Made by a program: the position numbers and the translations under genes. Positions 1-9,596 of a DNA stretch of 64,000 bases are shown here, piece by piece (positions within the stretch are counted from its first letter, which is position 1; the number at the start of each line of letters is the position of its first letter). The DNA is from Fidelibacterota bacterium (lineage in GTDB: Bacteria; Fidelibacterota; UBA8477; JABMPR01), in contig JABMOS010000068.1 in the NCBI GenBank assembly GCA_013203185.1, forward strand, positions 19,889 to 83,888, given 5' to 3'. The notes under the pieces were generated by a model that ran no database searches, was not told the origin of the DNA, and was given only the letters and a program-made list of their open reading frames with translations.

Positions 1-662
1 CTTCCTATCTAGTCCATGACCTGTATCGACGCTTCATTCGTCGGGATGGAGACGAGAAGCATTACGTGCTGGTCTCCAGATTGGCTATCATCCTCATGAC
101 CATTGTCTCTCTACTTGTAACACGTTATCTGCTGACTACAATTTCAGGTGCATGGGAGTTCATTATCAATGCCAGTGCCGGACTGGGGGCCGTTCTCATT
201 CTACGCTGGTTCTGGTGGCGGATCAATGCCTGGTCGGAGATCTCGGCTATGATCACCCCGCTGATCATTTACCCCATAGCACGATGGGGCTATGGTCTCG
301 AATCGCCCATTACCCTATATCCAATTGTACTTGGAACCACCATTGTCTGGTTGATCGTCACCTTCTTGACATCCCCTGTAAAAGAGGATCATCTCATAGC
401 ATTTTATCGTCGGATCAGACCCGGTGGGATTGGCTGGAAACCCATTCGAAAACACGCCCCAGAGGTGACCCCCGACACTGGATATGGTCGCAGTTTTATA
501 AACTGGGTTCTTGGTGTGGTCCTCATCTATGCCTTCCTTTATGGTTTTGGCCAGATCATGTTCAAGAACTACCTACCTGGTTTTGTCGCTATCCTGGGTG
601 GATTGGTAGCCGGATTTGTTATTAATGCGAATCTTAAAAAGGTCCCGGAGCTATCAGACTAG
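1..662 (+). CDS. sodium:solute symporter (SSS) family permease, C-terminal portion; 5' end outside window
   Basis: The frame of ORF 66..662 stays open back to base 3 (..LVHDLYRRFIRRDGDEKHYVLVSRLAIIL..), so the gene enters from the left edge. The product is a run of hydrophobic helices with an LRWFWWRINAWSE motif that I associate with the C-terminal third of SSS transporters. Confidence 0.55.
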   Translation, partial: SYLVHDLYRRFIRRDGDEKHYVLVSRLAIILMTIVSLLVTRYLLTTISGAWEFIINASAGLGAVLILRWFWWRINAWSEISAMITPLIIYPIARWGYGLESPITLYPIVLGTTIVWLIVTFLTSPVKEDHLIAFYRRIRPGGIGWKPIRKHAPEVTPDTGYGRSFINWVLGVVLIYAFLYGFGQIMFKNYLPGFVAILGGLVAGFVINANLKKVPELSD

Positions 663-754
663 CGAGGTTGGACTAGGGTAAGTGCTGATACTCATATGGG
701 TTTGTGCGGATGTGGAAATTCACTATCTCTAAAATCACGGTCTAACTTTGATCT

Positions 755-787
755 AACCTTGCGAAGGTTCTAAACCTTCACAAGGTT
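755..787. promoter_or_regulatory. pair of perfect 15-bp palindromes AACCTT-N3-AAGGTT (755-769 and 773-787)
   Basis: Read directly: AACCTTgcgAAGGTT cta AACCTTcacAAGGTT, with centres 18 bp apart. The pair lies about 150 bp upstream of the MFS gene start in a 271-bp intergenic region. It could be an operator pair for a dimeric regulator or two small hairpins. Function is not established. Confidence 0.3.
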
Positions 788-933
788 CAATCAAACCCAG
801 CTTTGGTTATTAAATTACTTCACAAAATCATCGATCAGCCTATATTGATTACGAAGTTTTCAACATCTCAGTAGAATAAAGAACCAATAGCCATTATAGC
901 ATGTTCTGTATTGGTACACACGGAGGATAACTC

Positions 934-2274
934 ATGGATAAAACCAAAAAAGGTATCTGGGGCTGGGCCATGTATGATTGGGCGAATTCAGCTTTTGCCA
1001 CCACGGTTATGGCCGGATTTTTCCCAATATTTTTTAAAAGTTATTGGAGTGCTGGTGCTGATGTAAATGTCAGTACGGCCCAATTAGGTGCCGCAAACTC
1101 AATTGCCAGTCTCATCGTTGCATTAATGGCTCCCATTTTAGGTGCCATTGCTGATAAGGGTTCTGCCAAGAAAAAATTCCTAATCTTTTTTGCTTATCTA
1201 GGCGCTCTCATGACTGCTGGTCTTTTCCTTGTACAGGAAGGGAATTGGCAAATGGCAATTTTTGTCTATATAATGGGTATTATAGGTTTTTCTGGTGCAA
1301 ACATATTTTATGATGCACTCCTGCCCAGCGTTACCTCTGAGAAAAATATTGATCGAATTTCAGGCCTGGGTTTTGGTATGGGTTATCTCGGTGGAGGAGT
1401 CCTGTTTGCCTTGAATGTGGCCATGACACTTTTTCCTGAAACCTTTGGACTTGATGGTCCAGCTCAAGCAGTTCGAATATCATTCCTGTCTGTGGCAATC
1501 TGGTGGAGCCTTTTCACCCTATTCACCATTTTCTGGGTAGAAGAAAAAAAACCAGAAGGTACACCAGGGGGCATGGCCGTTATAAAAGCTGGCTTTAAGC
1601 AGTATCTGGATACCTGGAAAAAAATCAGACACCTCCAGACTGTCTCAATATTTTTACTGGCATACTGGTTCTATATTGATGGCGTCGATACCATAATCAG
1701 AATGGCTGTAGACTATGGTATGTCAATTGGCTTTGCCTCAAATGACCTCATCATTGCTCTCCTCATTACTCAATTCGTTGGATTCCCGGCTGCCATAGTT
1801 TTTGGAAGACTTGGTGAAAAATGGGGTGTTAGAAAATCCATTTATCTGGCAATATTCGCGTATATAATTATCACCTTTTATGGTGTGCTCATGACCAAGC
1901 CAATCGAGTTCTATGCCCTTGCCATTGCCATTGGACTGGTTCAGGGTGGTATACAGGCCTTGAGCCGTTCTTATTACTCCAGACTGATTCCCAAGGGACA
2001 AGAGGGCGAATTCTATGGCTTCTATAACATGTTGGGAAAATTTGCAGCCATCCTTGGGCCCCTCCTCATTGGTGTTGTTGGTTTAACTATTAAGGGTACT
2101 CTTGGACCCCTGGCGAGTACGCCAGAACAGACGCTGGCCATAGGTCAAATTGCATCTCGTTGGGGTATTGGATCTGTGGTCTTGCTTTTTGTTATTGGTG
2201 CAATCCTCTTCAAATTTGTTGATGAAGAAGAAGGCAAACGAGAAGCTGCATTTATTGAGGAACATTCAAAGTAA
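934..2274 (+). CDS. MFS transporter, UMF1/Atg22-like family
   Basis: 446-aa polytopic membrane protein. The N-terminus GIWGWAMYDWANSAFATTVMAGFFPIFFK is the signature start of UMF1-family MFS proteins. GGAGG lies upstream of the ATG, and a rho-independent terminator follows. Confidence 0.8.
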   Translation: MDKTKKGIWGWAMYDWANSAFATTVMAGFFPIFFKSYWSAGADVNVSTAQLGAANSIASLIVALMAPILGAIADKGSAKKKFLIFFAYLGALMTAGLFLVQEGNWQMAIFVYIMGIIGFSGANIFYDALLPSVTSEKNIDRISGLGFGMGYLGGGVLFALNVAMTLFPETFGLDGPAQAVRISFLSVAIWWSLFTLFTIFWVEEKKPEGTPGGMAVIKAGFKQYLDTWKKIRHLQTVSIFLLAYWFYIDGVDTIIRMAVDYGMSIGFASNDLIIALLITQFVGFPAAIVFGRLGEKWGVRKSIYLAIFAYIIITFYGVLMTKPIEFYALAIAIGLVQGGIQALSRSYYSRLIPKGQEGEFYGFYNMLGKFAAILGPLLIGVVGLTIKGTLGPLASTPEQTLAIGQIASRWGIGSVVLLFVIGAILFKFVDEEEGKREAAFIEEHSK

Positions 2275-2295
2275 CGACATAAACTCTGCTATAAA

Positions 2296-2323
2296 AGCCT
2301 CGGAACAAACCGGGGCTTTTTTT
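2296..2323 (+). terminator. rho-independent terminator after the MFS gene
   Basis: 8-bp stem AGCCTCGG / CCGGGGCT (one G-U pair), 6-nt loop AACAAA, followed by T7. It starts 22 nt after the stop codon. Confidence 0.65.
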
Positions 2324-2430
2324 GTACTACCACGGCGAGAAGTCTGTTCAAAAGGGTCCCAGAATAGTACAGTTCTGGCTCCCAACTTTATCCGATAATT
2401 ATTTCTGTCTCGCTTGATGGGCTTATATTT

Positions 2431-2760
2431 GTGTCGAAAGGATTTACGAACATGAAAATACTTGAACTGATCCAACTTCCTATAGGCGTAGCAATTCGCT
2501 GGGATGATGGTGATGAAGCACTTATCGATTTTCACAAACTCAGAGATGCTTGTCCTTGTGCAAATTGCTCAGGGGAGAGTGATCTCTTTGGACATAAAAC
2601 TTTTGGCCTGCCCATGCTGAAAACAGCGAATACCTATGAATTGCAATCATTTCGTTGGGTCGGACACTATGCAATACAATTCACCTGGGCAGATCGACAT
2701 GATTCCGGGATTTATACGTTGAAACTTTTAAAAGCTCTGGGCGAACCAGACGAAGAATAG
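2431..2760 (+). CDS. DUF971 (gamma-butyrobetaine hydroxylase-like N-terminal domain) protein
   Basis: The 109-aa product contains IRWDDGDEALIDFHKLRDACPCANCSGE and YAIQFTWADRHDSGIY, the typical DUF971 pattern. The start may instead be the internal MKILEL at 2452. Confidence 0.7.
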   Translation: MSKGFTNMKILELIQLPIGVAIRWDDGDEALIDFHKLRDACPCANCSGESDLFGHKTFGLPMLKTANTYELQSFRWVGHYAIQFTWADRHDSGIYTLKLLKALGEPDEE

Positions 2761-2761
2761 T

Positions 2762-3001
2762 ATGCCAGATAAATACGAATCAAAGCTTCTCCCTAGAATC
2801 TTTGTTGCCATCATGATTGTCGGGTCAAGTATAGGCCTCCACAGTTTTGCCCTGGATTTATGGCAGGGAGAGACGATATCAACTTTTGAAAGTTTATTGG
2901 CCACAGGTCTTATTCTCGTCCTTGTGGCAACCATTATTTATGTCATTATTCAGCGCATGGAGATGCGTAAAACTGAAAAATTCAGGAGAGAAAAATGGTA
3001 G
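2762..3001 (+). CDS. small membrane protein, unknown function
   Basis: 79-aa ORF packed between DUF971 and ybjQ (1-nt gap upstream, 7-nt overlap downstream), with two predicted hydrophobic helices. No recognisable family. Confidence 0.4.
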   Translation: MPDKYESKLLPRIFVAIMIVGSSIGLHSFALDLWQGETISTFESLLATGLILVLVATIIYVIIQRMEMRKTEKFRREKW

Positions 3002-3309
3002 CATGGTACACAACGGAAAGCGTTGCCGGGAAACAAATATCCAAACATTTGGGAGTGGCGACAGGCAGTACTATTCGAGCGCGGAATATTGGTAGAGATA
3101 TTGTCGCCGGGCTGAGAACCCTGGTAGGTGGTGAAGTTCCAGAATATACGGAAATGATGGCCCATGCTCGCAACCAGGCCATTGAACGGATGCTTCAAAA
3201 GGCCGATGATATGGGTGCTGATGCTGTTGTGGCTGTGCGCTTTTCAACTGCTATGATTATGCAGGGGACTGCTGAAGTCATGGCCTTTGGCACTGCTGTC
3301 AAATTTTAA
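2995..3309 (+). CDS. ybjQ: YbjQ/UPF0145 family (heavy-metal-binding-domain-like) protein
   Basis: 104 aa. The sequences GSTIRARNIGRDIVAGLRTLVGGEVPEYTEMMAHARNQAIERM and GADAVVAVRFSTA..GTAEVMAFGTAV match the conserved YbjQ pattern along the full length. Confidence 0.85.
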   Translation: MVAWYTTESVAGKQISKHLGVATGSTIRARNIGRDIVAGLRTLVGGEVPEYTEMMAHARNQAIERMLQKADDMGADAVVAVRFSTAMIMQGTAEVMAFGTAVKF

Positions 3310-3964
3310 GAATCGAACCTTGAACTCCAACTTACCGCCAGGAGAAATCGTAGGAACCCTAACTGCGAAAAGACTGGATACCATCAAAAGAGTAGTGAGT
3401 AACCGCCAGTTTGACTTAACGGTCATTCTTGAGAACATTCACGACCCCCACAATGTAGGCGCTATTTTCAGATCAGCTGATGCTGTGGGGATTGATGAGG
3501 TTCAATTGCTCTACACAAAAGAAACTTTCCCTGCTCTTCACCCCAAGGTAACTGCTGGTGGTGGGAAGTGGGTTAAGCAAAATAAATATCGTGATCCACA
3601 GAAGCTGGCCGCAGACCTCAAGCAAAGGGGATTCAAGATATATACGACCCATCTGAGTATAGATGCAGTATCCATCCATGATATAGACTGGACCGAACCC
3701 TCGGCTGTGATTTTGGGTAATGAAAATCGCGGCGTATCCTCTGAAATGACCAAACTCGCCGATGCCAACATCGTCATCCCCATGTTTGGTATGGTTGAGA
3801 GCCTCAATGTCTCAGTCGCCACCGCCGTGGTTCTCTTTGAGGCCTGTCGACAGCGAATTGCCAGTGGAAAATATCCCAACCCAGAATCCAGCCCTGAATT
3901 TCTGGAGCAGAAGACAGAGGATTGGGTAAATATAAAAATTAACAAGCGTATACGGAGTAAGTAA
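3287..3964 (+). CDS. trmH: TrmH/SpoU family RNA 2'-O-methyltransferase
   Basis: SpoU motifs are present: NRQFDLTVILENIHDPHNVGAIFRSADAVGI, VILGNENRGVS and IPMFGMVESLNVSVATAV. The N-terminal layout resembles TrmH (Gm18). The start overlaps the ybjQ end by 23 nt. Confidence 0.75.
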   Translation: MALLSNFKNRTLNSNLPPGEIVGTLTAKRLDTIKRVVSNRQFDLTVILENIHDPHNVGAIFRSADAVGIDEVQLLYTKETFPALHPKVTAGGGKWVKQNKYRDPQKLAADLKQRGFKIYTTHLSIDAVSIHDIDWTEPSAVILGNENRGVSSEMTKLADANIVIPMFGMVESLNVSVATAVVLFEACRQRIASGKYPNPESSPEFLEQKTEDWVNIKINKRIRSK

Positions 3965-4134
3965 GGCAAAGACCTACTTCTGAGGGACCCGATTTCATCT
4001 TTTGTCCATTCGAGTTGATAAGATGAAACTGACGCTCAGGTATTCGCTCAAAAGATAGTTTGCTGTGAGCCATAGGATAGGTATGTTGTCAATCTCACGA
4101 GACCCTGTTTGCAACCCATGTAAGGAATTCAGTT

Positions 4135-5124
4135 TTGAATGACATAATTAGTCCACTTATTAGATCGTTTTCTAACCCAGCATCCATTTTGGTTCTCGTC
4201 CTGATTAGCTTTTCTGCTTTGCCGGCAGCACCCTTAGATACCAAAAATGTAATGTCAGGAATGGGGGCACTTGCCTATATCAGTGAATCAGACGGAAGGG
4301 ATGCGATTTTTATAAGGGACTCAGATGTGAACAATGTCATTTTCAGCTGTTCTTCTGGAAATGTAATCATTCTCACTCCATCAGTTAGTTCTGATGGCAA
4401 TTATATCACCTTTCTGGTGGATAATGGTCGCAATCAAAAGACAATCCACATTTTAGGACCGCTTCAAAAGGTGAATAATAGATGGCAAGCCCATGACCTT
4501 GAGGTGATGACAGTAAGAGGAGGCGCATGGCCGGTATTCAACAATGATCAATCCGTTTATATGTCCATGCCTGAGCAGACATCCTTGTCGAATGATGGTA
4601 CTACAAATATTTATCTGATTGGTACTGATGGCATTAAACAAATAAGTGATAATCTCGGTGTATCATCACATATCTGGCCTCTCATCAATCCAAACAAAGA
4701 TGCATTGATTTATCGCTATATACCCCAACCCGATGAAATGGGTTACACTGCTGAACCTGTAAAATCTATTATTATGAGTCTGGACTCTGGCAGCAGCGAG
4801 ATGCATTTTGTGGATCAATTTGTCTATCTGGAGCAATGGACCAGCCTGGGAGAAATCCTCTTCTCTTTTAGGGATAAGGATCAGAATGGGAATCGGATAT
4901 ACGCCCTGTACAATACTGAAACCAGAGCAACCAAAGAGATCTATCGCAACAAATCAAGACAGGGTGCACTAACCAGCGATTCTAAATTTTTGGCTACCAT
5001 CCGCCCCGTCCCAGAAGGGAATCCGCAGTTTGATATTTTTGTAACAGATTTGATTTCTACGACAGAAATTAATCTCACACAATCACCTGGGCAGAGTGAA
5101 AGTCTCATCGGCTGGATTAAATAG
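4135..5124 (+). CDS. secreted PD40/TolB-like beta-propeller repeat protein
   Basis: It has an N-terminal hydrophobic signal-like segment (ILVLVLISFSALPAAP). Recurring segments such as SVSSDGNYITFLVDN and NIYLIGTDGIKQISDN resemble PD40 repeats. TTG start. Family assignment is by eye only. Confidence 0.45.
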   Translation: MNDIISPLIRSFSNPASILVLVLISFSALPAAPLDTKNVMSGMGALAYISESDGRDAIFIRDSDVNNVIFSCSSGNVIILTPSVSSDGNYITFLVDNGRNQKTIHILGPLQKVNNRWQAHDLEVMTVRGGAWPVFNNDQSVYMSMPEQTSLSNDGTTNIYLIGTDGIKQISDNLGVSSHIWPLINPNKDALIYRYIPQPDEMGYTAEPVKSIIMSLDSGSSEMHFVDQFVYLEQWTSLGEILFSFRDKDQNGNRIYALYNTETRATKEIYRNKSRQGALTSDSKFLATIRPVPEGNPQFDIFVTDLISTTEINLTQSPGQSESLIGWIK

Positions 5125-5345
5125 CTCAAACCAATTTAACCTTATATTGATAAACGATTAATAAATAGAGCTTTACTCGATATATTGATTTAGGGATATG
5201 CCAGAATAAAAGTCCATCAAATCTCTTCCTGAAATCTTGGTTTATTCCCCACTTTTTATCGCATAAACCTTGAGTCGCAAGCCCCCTAAACTATATTGCA
5301 TTGCTGCAATTCATTTGGACCAATAAAGATAGGAAAATTGCGCTG

Positions 5346-6644
5346 ATGGCTGTTAAGATTGGAATCATAGCTGAGCACAAACCAGGGGAAGGTCGAATAC
5401 CTCTTACCCCTGTGCAAATCTCACAATTACTCAAGGACCATCCTGACCTCAAAATCTCAGTAATGCCTTCTGCTCAGAGGATATTTAAGGATGATGAATT
5501 TAAAGCATTAGATATCCCCATGTCTCAGGATTTAGCAGATGTTAATCTGGTTATGGCTGTGAAAGAAATTGCTGTGAAAGATATTCATGCCAATCAAGCT
5601 TATCTTTATTTTTCCCATACTATTAAAGGGCAGGATTATAACATGCCCATGCTACAACACATTCTTGATACTGGAGCAACGCTGTTGGACTATGAGTTAA
5701 TTCGAGATGATAACAACCGTCGTCTGGTATTTTTCGGACGCCATGCAGGATTAGCTGGCATGGTGAATACGCTCTGGTCATACGGACAACGCTTAAAGGT
5801 CTTGGGAACTGATAGTCCCTTTCTTCAGATCAAGCAGGCACAAGATTATGCCAATCTGGAGGAGATCAATCTCTCACTGCAAATTTTAGGATCAGAAATT
5901 AGTCGCTGGATGGCGGACAAACCTGCCATTGTCATCGGTGTGACCGGCTATGGCAACGTCTCTGGTGGTGCCCAGGAAATTCTGGCCAACCTACCTGTGC
6001 ATGAAATGAGTGCAGAAGCACTCATGAAAACAGATTTAGATGCGCTGCATGGACAGCTCATCAAAGTTGTGTTTAAAGAACAGGACATGTTTGAACCCAT
6101 CGATCCCAATGCCGAATTTGAACTTCAGGACTACTTCAATCATCCTGAAAAGTATCAAGCCAAATTTCAACCCTACCTCAAAAAATTGAATATGCTGGTT
6201 AACTGCATTTACTGGGATACCCCATATCCAAGACTGGTGACAAATGAAGAGATTAAAGCTCACTATGAGTCAGACAAAACCCTCATGGTTGTCGGTGACA
6301 TCACCTGTGATATTGATGGAGCGATCCAGTTCAATACAGGCTCAACCTTGAGTCCTGATCCTGTCTATATTCATGATATAAAATCAGGTGAAAAAATAAT
6401 GGGATTTGAAGGGGAGGGACCCGTTGTTATGGCTGTAGATAATTTGCCTACAGAATTGCCCCGTGAAGCCTCTGAAGCCTTTGGTGAAGCGCTTATCCCA
6501 TTTGTGTATGCAATGGGCGCCTGTGACTACTCCCAGGCCTTTGAAAGTCTAAATCTCCCTGCTCCAGTTAAACGAGCCGTCATCGCACATGCTGGAAAAT
6601 TGACCCCGGATTTTGTAATGCTAAAAAAATATCTGAAAGCTTAA
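5346..6644 (+). CDS. lysine-2-oxoglutarate reductase-like enzyme (saccharopine dehydrogenase, lysine-forming; AlaDH/PNT-fold)
   Basis: The N-terminus GIIAEHKPGEGRIPLTPVQISQLL...KISVMPSAQRIFKDDEF parallels the LKR half of eukaryotic AASS, and VIGVTGYGNVSGGAQE forms a Rossmann fold. The gene sits immediately upstream of SDH and ALDH7-type genes. The track ORF starts at 5301; the ATG at 5346 (MAVKIGII) is preferred. Confidence 0.7.
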   Translation: MAVKIGIIAEHKPGEGRIPLTPVQISQLLKDHPDLKISVMPSAQRIFKDDEFKALDIPMSQDLADVNLVMAVKEIAVKDIHANQAYLYFSHTIKGQDYNMPMLQHILDTGATLLDYELIRDDNNRRLVFFGRHAGLAGMVNTLWSYGQRLKVLGTDSPFLQIKQAQDYANLEEINLSLQILGSEISRWMADKPAIVIGVTGYGNVSGGAQEILANLPVHEMSAEALMKTDLDALHGQLIKVVFKEQDMFEPIDPNAEFELQDYFNHPEKYQAKFQPYLKKLNMLVNCIYWDTPYPRLVTNEEIKAHYESDKTLMVVGDITCDIDGAIQFNTGSTLSPDPVYIHDIKSGEKIMGFEGEGPVVMAVDNLPTELPREASEAFGEALIPFVYAMGACDYSQAFESLNLPAPVKRAVIAHAGKLTPDFVMLKKYLKA

Positions 6645-6653
6645 CTGAACTCA

Positions 6654-7970
6654 ATGAGCAAACACGTACTTATTCTGGGGGCTGGGCTTGTTTCCCAGCC
6701 CATAATCGACTATTTATTCAAGAACACGGATTATTATCTCACTGTAGCAGATCTCATTGAGGAAAATGCTGTCAAAGCCATTGATAATCACCCCAGGGGA
6801 AATTCTGCAGGGCTTGATGTCAATAATGAGGAGACTCTGGGTCAGCTGGTAGCTGAATCGGATCTGGTAGTCTCACTGTTGCCATACACACTTCACACCA
6901 TTGTAGCAAAACACTGTCTTAAAGCGGACAAACATATGGTCAATGCGTCGTATGTTTCCGAGGAGATGAAATCATTTGATGCTGAAGCTCGTGAAAAGAA
7001 CCTGCTATTCCTGTGTGAAATAGGACTGGATCCAGGGATTGACCATATGTCAGCCATGCAGATCATCCACTCTGTGCAGAATAGAGGCGGAAAGATTGAC
7101 GAATTCGTTTCAGTCTGTGGTGGTCTACCAGCACCAGAAGCAAATACAAATCCCTTTGGATATAAATTTTCATGGAGTCCCAAAGGTGTTCTTTTGGCTG
7201 GCAATAATCCTGCACAATATATCGATGGTGGGGCTTTAAAGAAAATCAGCGCACAGGACTTGTTCTATTCCACGGCTCCCATGAAAATCGATGGCAAGAA
7301 TTTCGAAGCATATCCGAATCGCGATTCTACTGCTTATGCAGCCATATATGGCCTGGAAGGTATCGATCTTCTCATGCGTGGGACATTGCGCTATGCAGGT
7401 TGGCACAAACTGGTACTGGCTTTAAAGGCTTTAAATCTTCTCACTGAGACACCAATTCCAGTTGGAGCAAACAGCTATGCAGGAATATTGGCCAAGGTAA
7501 GTGGTTTGGATGTAACAAAGCTACGCTCAGAAGTTGCATTAAAGCTTGATGTTCCAGAGGATGGTGAAATAGTTAAGGCGCTGGATTGGTTAGGTCTATT
7601 CGACGCGAACATTGTGGAGTTTCCAGCCACATGTGCTATAGATCTTCTTGCTGAGATAATGAATGACAAAATGGCCTATGGGGAGGGGGAACGTGACATG
7701 GTAGCCCTACAACATAGATTCAAGGCTACTTTCTCTGATCATAAGGAAGAGATCACATCAACCCTCTTTGATTACGGTATTCCCAATGGAAATAGTTCCA
7801 TGGCACGGACAGTATCATTGCCTTTGGCAATTGCTGTAAAACTAATTCTTGAAGGGAAAATTAACTTGACGGGTGTGCAAATCCCCGTGGATCCAATTAT
7901 TTACGAGCCAGTTCTCAAAGAGTTAAAATCTCTGGGTATTGAATTTGAAGAAGAGATTATCAGAAGCTAA
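6654..7970 (+). CDS. saccharopine dehydrogenase (L-glutamate-forming)
   Basis: It is collinear with my recollection of the SDH half of AASS: VLILGAGLVSQP, DLVVSLLPYTLH, EIGLDPGIDHMSAM, CGGLPAPE..NPFGYKFSWSPKGVL, YPNRDS..Y...YGL, LMRGTLRY.GW. Confidence 0.9.
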   Translation: MSKHVLILGAGLVSQPIIDYLFKNTDYYLTVADLIEENAVKAIDNHPRGNSAGLDVNNEETLGQLVAESDLVVSLLPYTLHTIVAKHCLKADKHMVNASYVSEEMKSFDAEAREKNLLFLCEIGLDPGIDHMSAMQIIHSVQNRGGKIDEFVSVCGGLPAPEANTNPFGYKFSWSPKGVLLAGNNPAQYIDGGALKKISAQDLFYSTAPMKIDGKNFEAYPNRDSTAYAAIYGLEGIDLLMRGTLRYAGWHKLVLALKALNLLTETPIPVGANSYAGILAKVSGLDVTKLRSEVALKLDVPEDGEIVKALDWLGLFDANIVEFPATCAIDLLAEIMNDKMAYGEGERDMVALQHRFKATFSDHKEEITSTLFDYGIPNGNSSMARTVSLPLAIAVKLILEGKINLTGVQIPVDPIIYEPVLKELKSLGIEFEEEIIRS

Positions 7971-8030
7971 ACCATATGATTAACAGGATATTAAACATTA
8001 TAAAATTAAAAGATAAGTAAAGAGGTAATT

Positions 8031-9551
8031 ATGGATTTCTTAAAAGAATTGGGAATTGAAGAATTTAATGCTGGTGCCTGTGTAGGAGCTGGAGAGTGGT
8101 TGGCAACTGGTGGGGATGATGTTCTCAAATCTCGTAACCCTGCAACTGGTGAAGTTATTGCCAATGTGTATCAGTGCACAGAAGAAGCCTATGAGCAGGT
8201 CGTTGCTCAAGCCGATGAAGCCTTTAAAGAATGGCGCCAGGTTCCTGCCCCAGTGCGAGGAGAATTGGTCCGGTTGATGGGTGTTGCGCTAAGAGAGAAG
8301 AAAGATGCACTGGGTAGTCTGGTTTCTCTGGAAATGGGAAAGATCAAGCAGGAAGGTGATGGTGAAGTTCAGGAAATGATCGACATTGCTGACTTTGCAG
8401 TTGGTCAGTCCCGTATGCTTTATGGTAGTACCATGCACTCCGAGCGTTTTCAGCACAGAATGTATGATCAGTATCATCCACTGGGTGTTGTTGGTGTCAT
8501 ATCAGCTTTTAATTTTCCTGTAGCCGTATGGGCCTGGAACTCATTTCTGGCAGCCATAGCTGGTGATACGACGATTTGGAAACCATCCTCAACTGCCCCG
8601 CTATGTGGTATTGCAGTTCAGAATATCTGTAACAAGGTTTTGACTGATAATGGTTACAGGGGCATTTTTAATCTGGTGATTGGTCGCGGCTCTGTTATTG
8701 GAGAGCGCCTCATCAACGATAAACGTATACCTCTTGTATCTTTCACAGGATCTACTCTCATGGGGCGTCACGTTGGCGAAGTAGTTGCAAAACGGTTTGG
8801 TAGCACCATTCTAGAGTTGGGTGGCAACAACGCCATTATCATAGACGATACAGCCAATCAAGAAATGGCTATCATGGCCACTGTTTTTGGTGCCGTGGGT
8901 ACTGCAGGACAACGCTGTACCTCCACACGCCGGATTCTTATTCAGGAAGAGATCATGGATTCCTTTGTTGAAAAACTGGTGAAAGCCTACAAGCAAGTCC
9001 GTATCGGCGATCCCCTGGCTGAGGGCACGCTTATGGGCCCTTTGGTTAATTCAGCTGCTGTAGAAGATTATGAGCATGCCATTGGTGAAATTAAGAAGGC
9101 TGGTGGGAAAATTCTAAGTGGTGGAAATGCGCTTAAGGACAGACCTGGATATTTTGTCGAGCCTACTATTGTACTAGGGGAAAACCATTGGGAAATCATT
9201 CAGACAGAGACGTTTGCACCAATTCTGTATATCATTCCATTTAAGACCATTGATGACGCTATTGAATTGCACAATGCGGTCCCACAGGGACTTTCTTCAG
9301 CCATGTTCACCATGAATATGCAGCATGCAGAGAGATTCCTGTCCCATACTGGTTCTGATTGTGGAATTGCCAATATCAATATCGGTACTTCAGGTGCAGA
9401 AATTGGTGGCGCTTTTGGTGGTGAGAAGGAAACAGGTGGTGGTCGTGAATCAGGTTCAGATGCCTGGAAAGCTTATATGCGTCGTCAGACCAACACCATC
9501 AATTGGAGTAAGGATCTCCCACTGGCTCAGGGTATTTCCTTCGATCTCTAA
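8031..9551 (+). CDS. ALDH7/antiquitin-type alpha-aminoadipic semialdehyde (piperideine-6-carboxylate) dehydrogenase
   Basis: Strong full-length resemblance to ALDH7A1: [121 protein letters not shown]. Confidence 0.9.
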   Translation: MDFLKELGIEEFNAGACVGAGEWLATGGDDVLKSRNPATGEVIANVYQCTEEAYEQVVAQADEAFKEWRQVPAPVRGELVRLMGVALREKKDALGSLVSLEMGKIKQEGDGEVQEMIDIADFAVGQSRMLYGSTMHSERFQHRMYDQYHPLGVVGVISAFNFPVAVWAWNSFLAAIAGDTTIWKPSSTAPLCGIAVQNICNKVLTDNGYRGIFNLVIGRGSVIGERLINDKRIPLVSFTGSTLMGRHVGEVVAKRFGSTILELGGNNAIIIDDTANQEMAIMATVFGAVGTAGQRCTSTRRILIQEEIMDSFVEKLVKAYKQVRIGDPLAEGTLMGPLVNSAAVEDYEHAIGEIKKAGGKILSGGNALKDRPGYFVEPTIVLGENHWEIIQTETFAPILYIIPFKTIDDAIELHNAVPQGLSSAMFTMNMQHAERFLSHTGSDCGIANINIGTSGAEIGGAFGGEKETGGGRESGSDAWKAYMRRQTNTINWSKDLPLAQGISFDL

Positions 9552-9564
9552 AAATGCTTTATAC

Positions 9565-9593
9565 GCGGGGCTTATTTAAGCCCCGCAATTATT
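9565..9593 (+). terminator. hairpin after the ALDH7-type gene (possible terminator)
   Basis: 9-bp stem GCGGGGCTT / AAGCCCCGC with a 4-nt loop, 13 nt after the stop. It is followed by an A/T-rich tract rather than a clean T-run, and the rsmI start is at 9597. Confidence 0.45.
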
Positions 9594-9596
9594 AAT

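Noticed and set aside
152-625. Many track ORFs overlap longer, family-recognisable genes in another frame or strand. Examples: 152..625, 1738..2001, 6893..7204, 17201..17467, 17837..18262, 19846..20265, 22471..22893, 30772..31110, 33238..33737, 39551..39901, 43955..44533, 44829..45353, 45478..45831, 45894..46256, 46456..46878, 49386..49838, 52817..53221, 56198..56743.
   Set aside because: Each is nested in or antisense to a gene with clear family motifs, and has odd composition (Arg/Ser/Cys/Pro-rich, no recognisable motif). I treat them as shadow ORFs, not genes.
5125-5345. Possible lysine (L-box) riboswitch upstream of the lysine catabolic genes.
   Set aside because: The region is AT-rich without the conserved L-box helices or the AGAGGCGC-type core. 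It looks like a plain promoter region.
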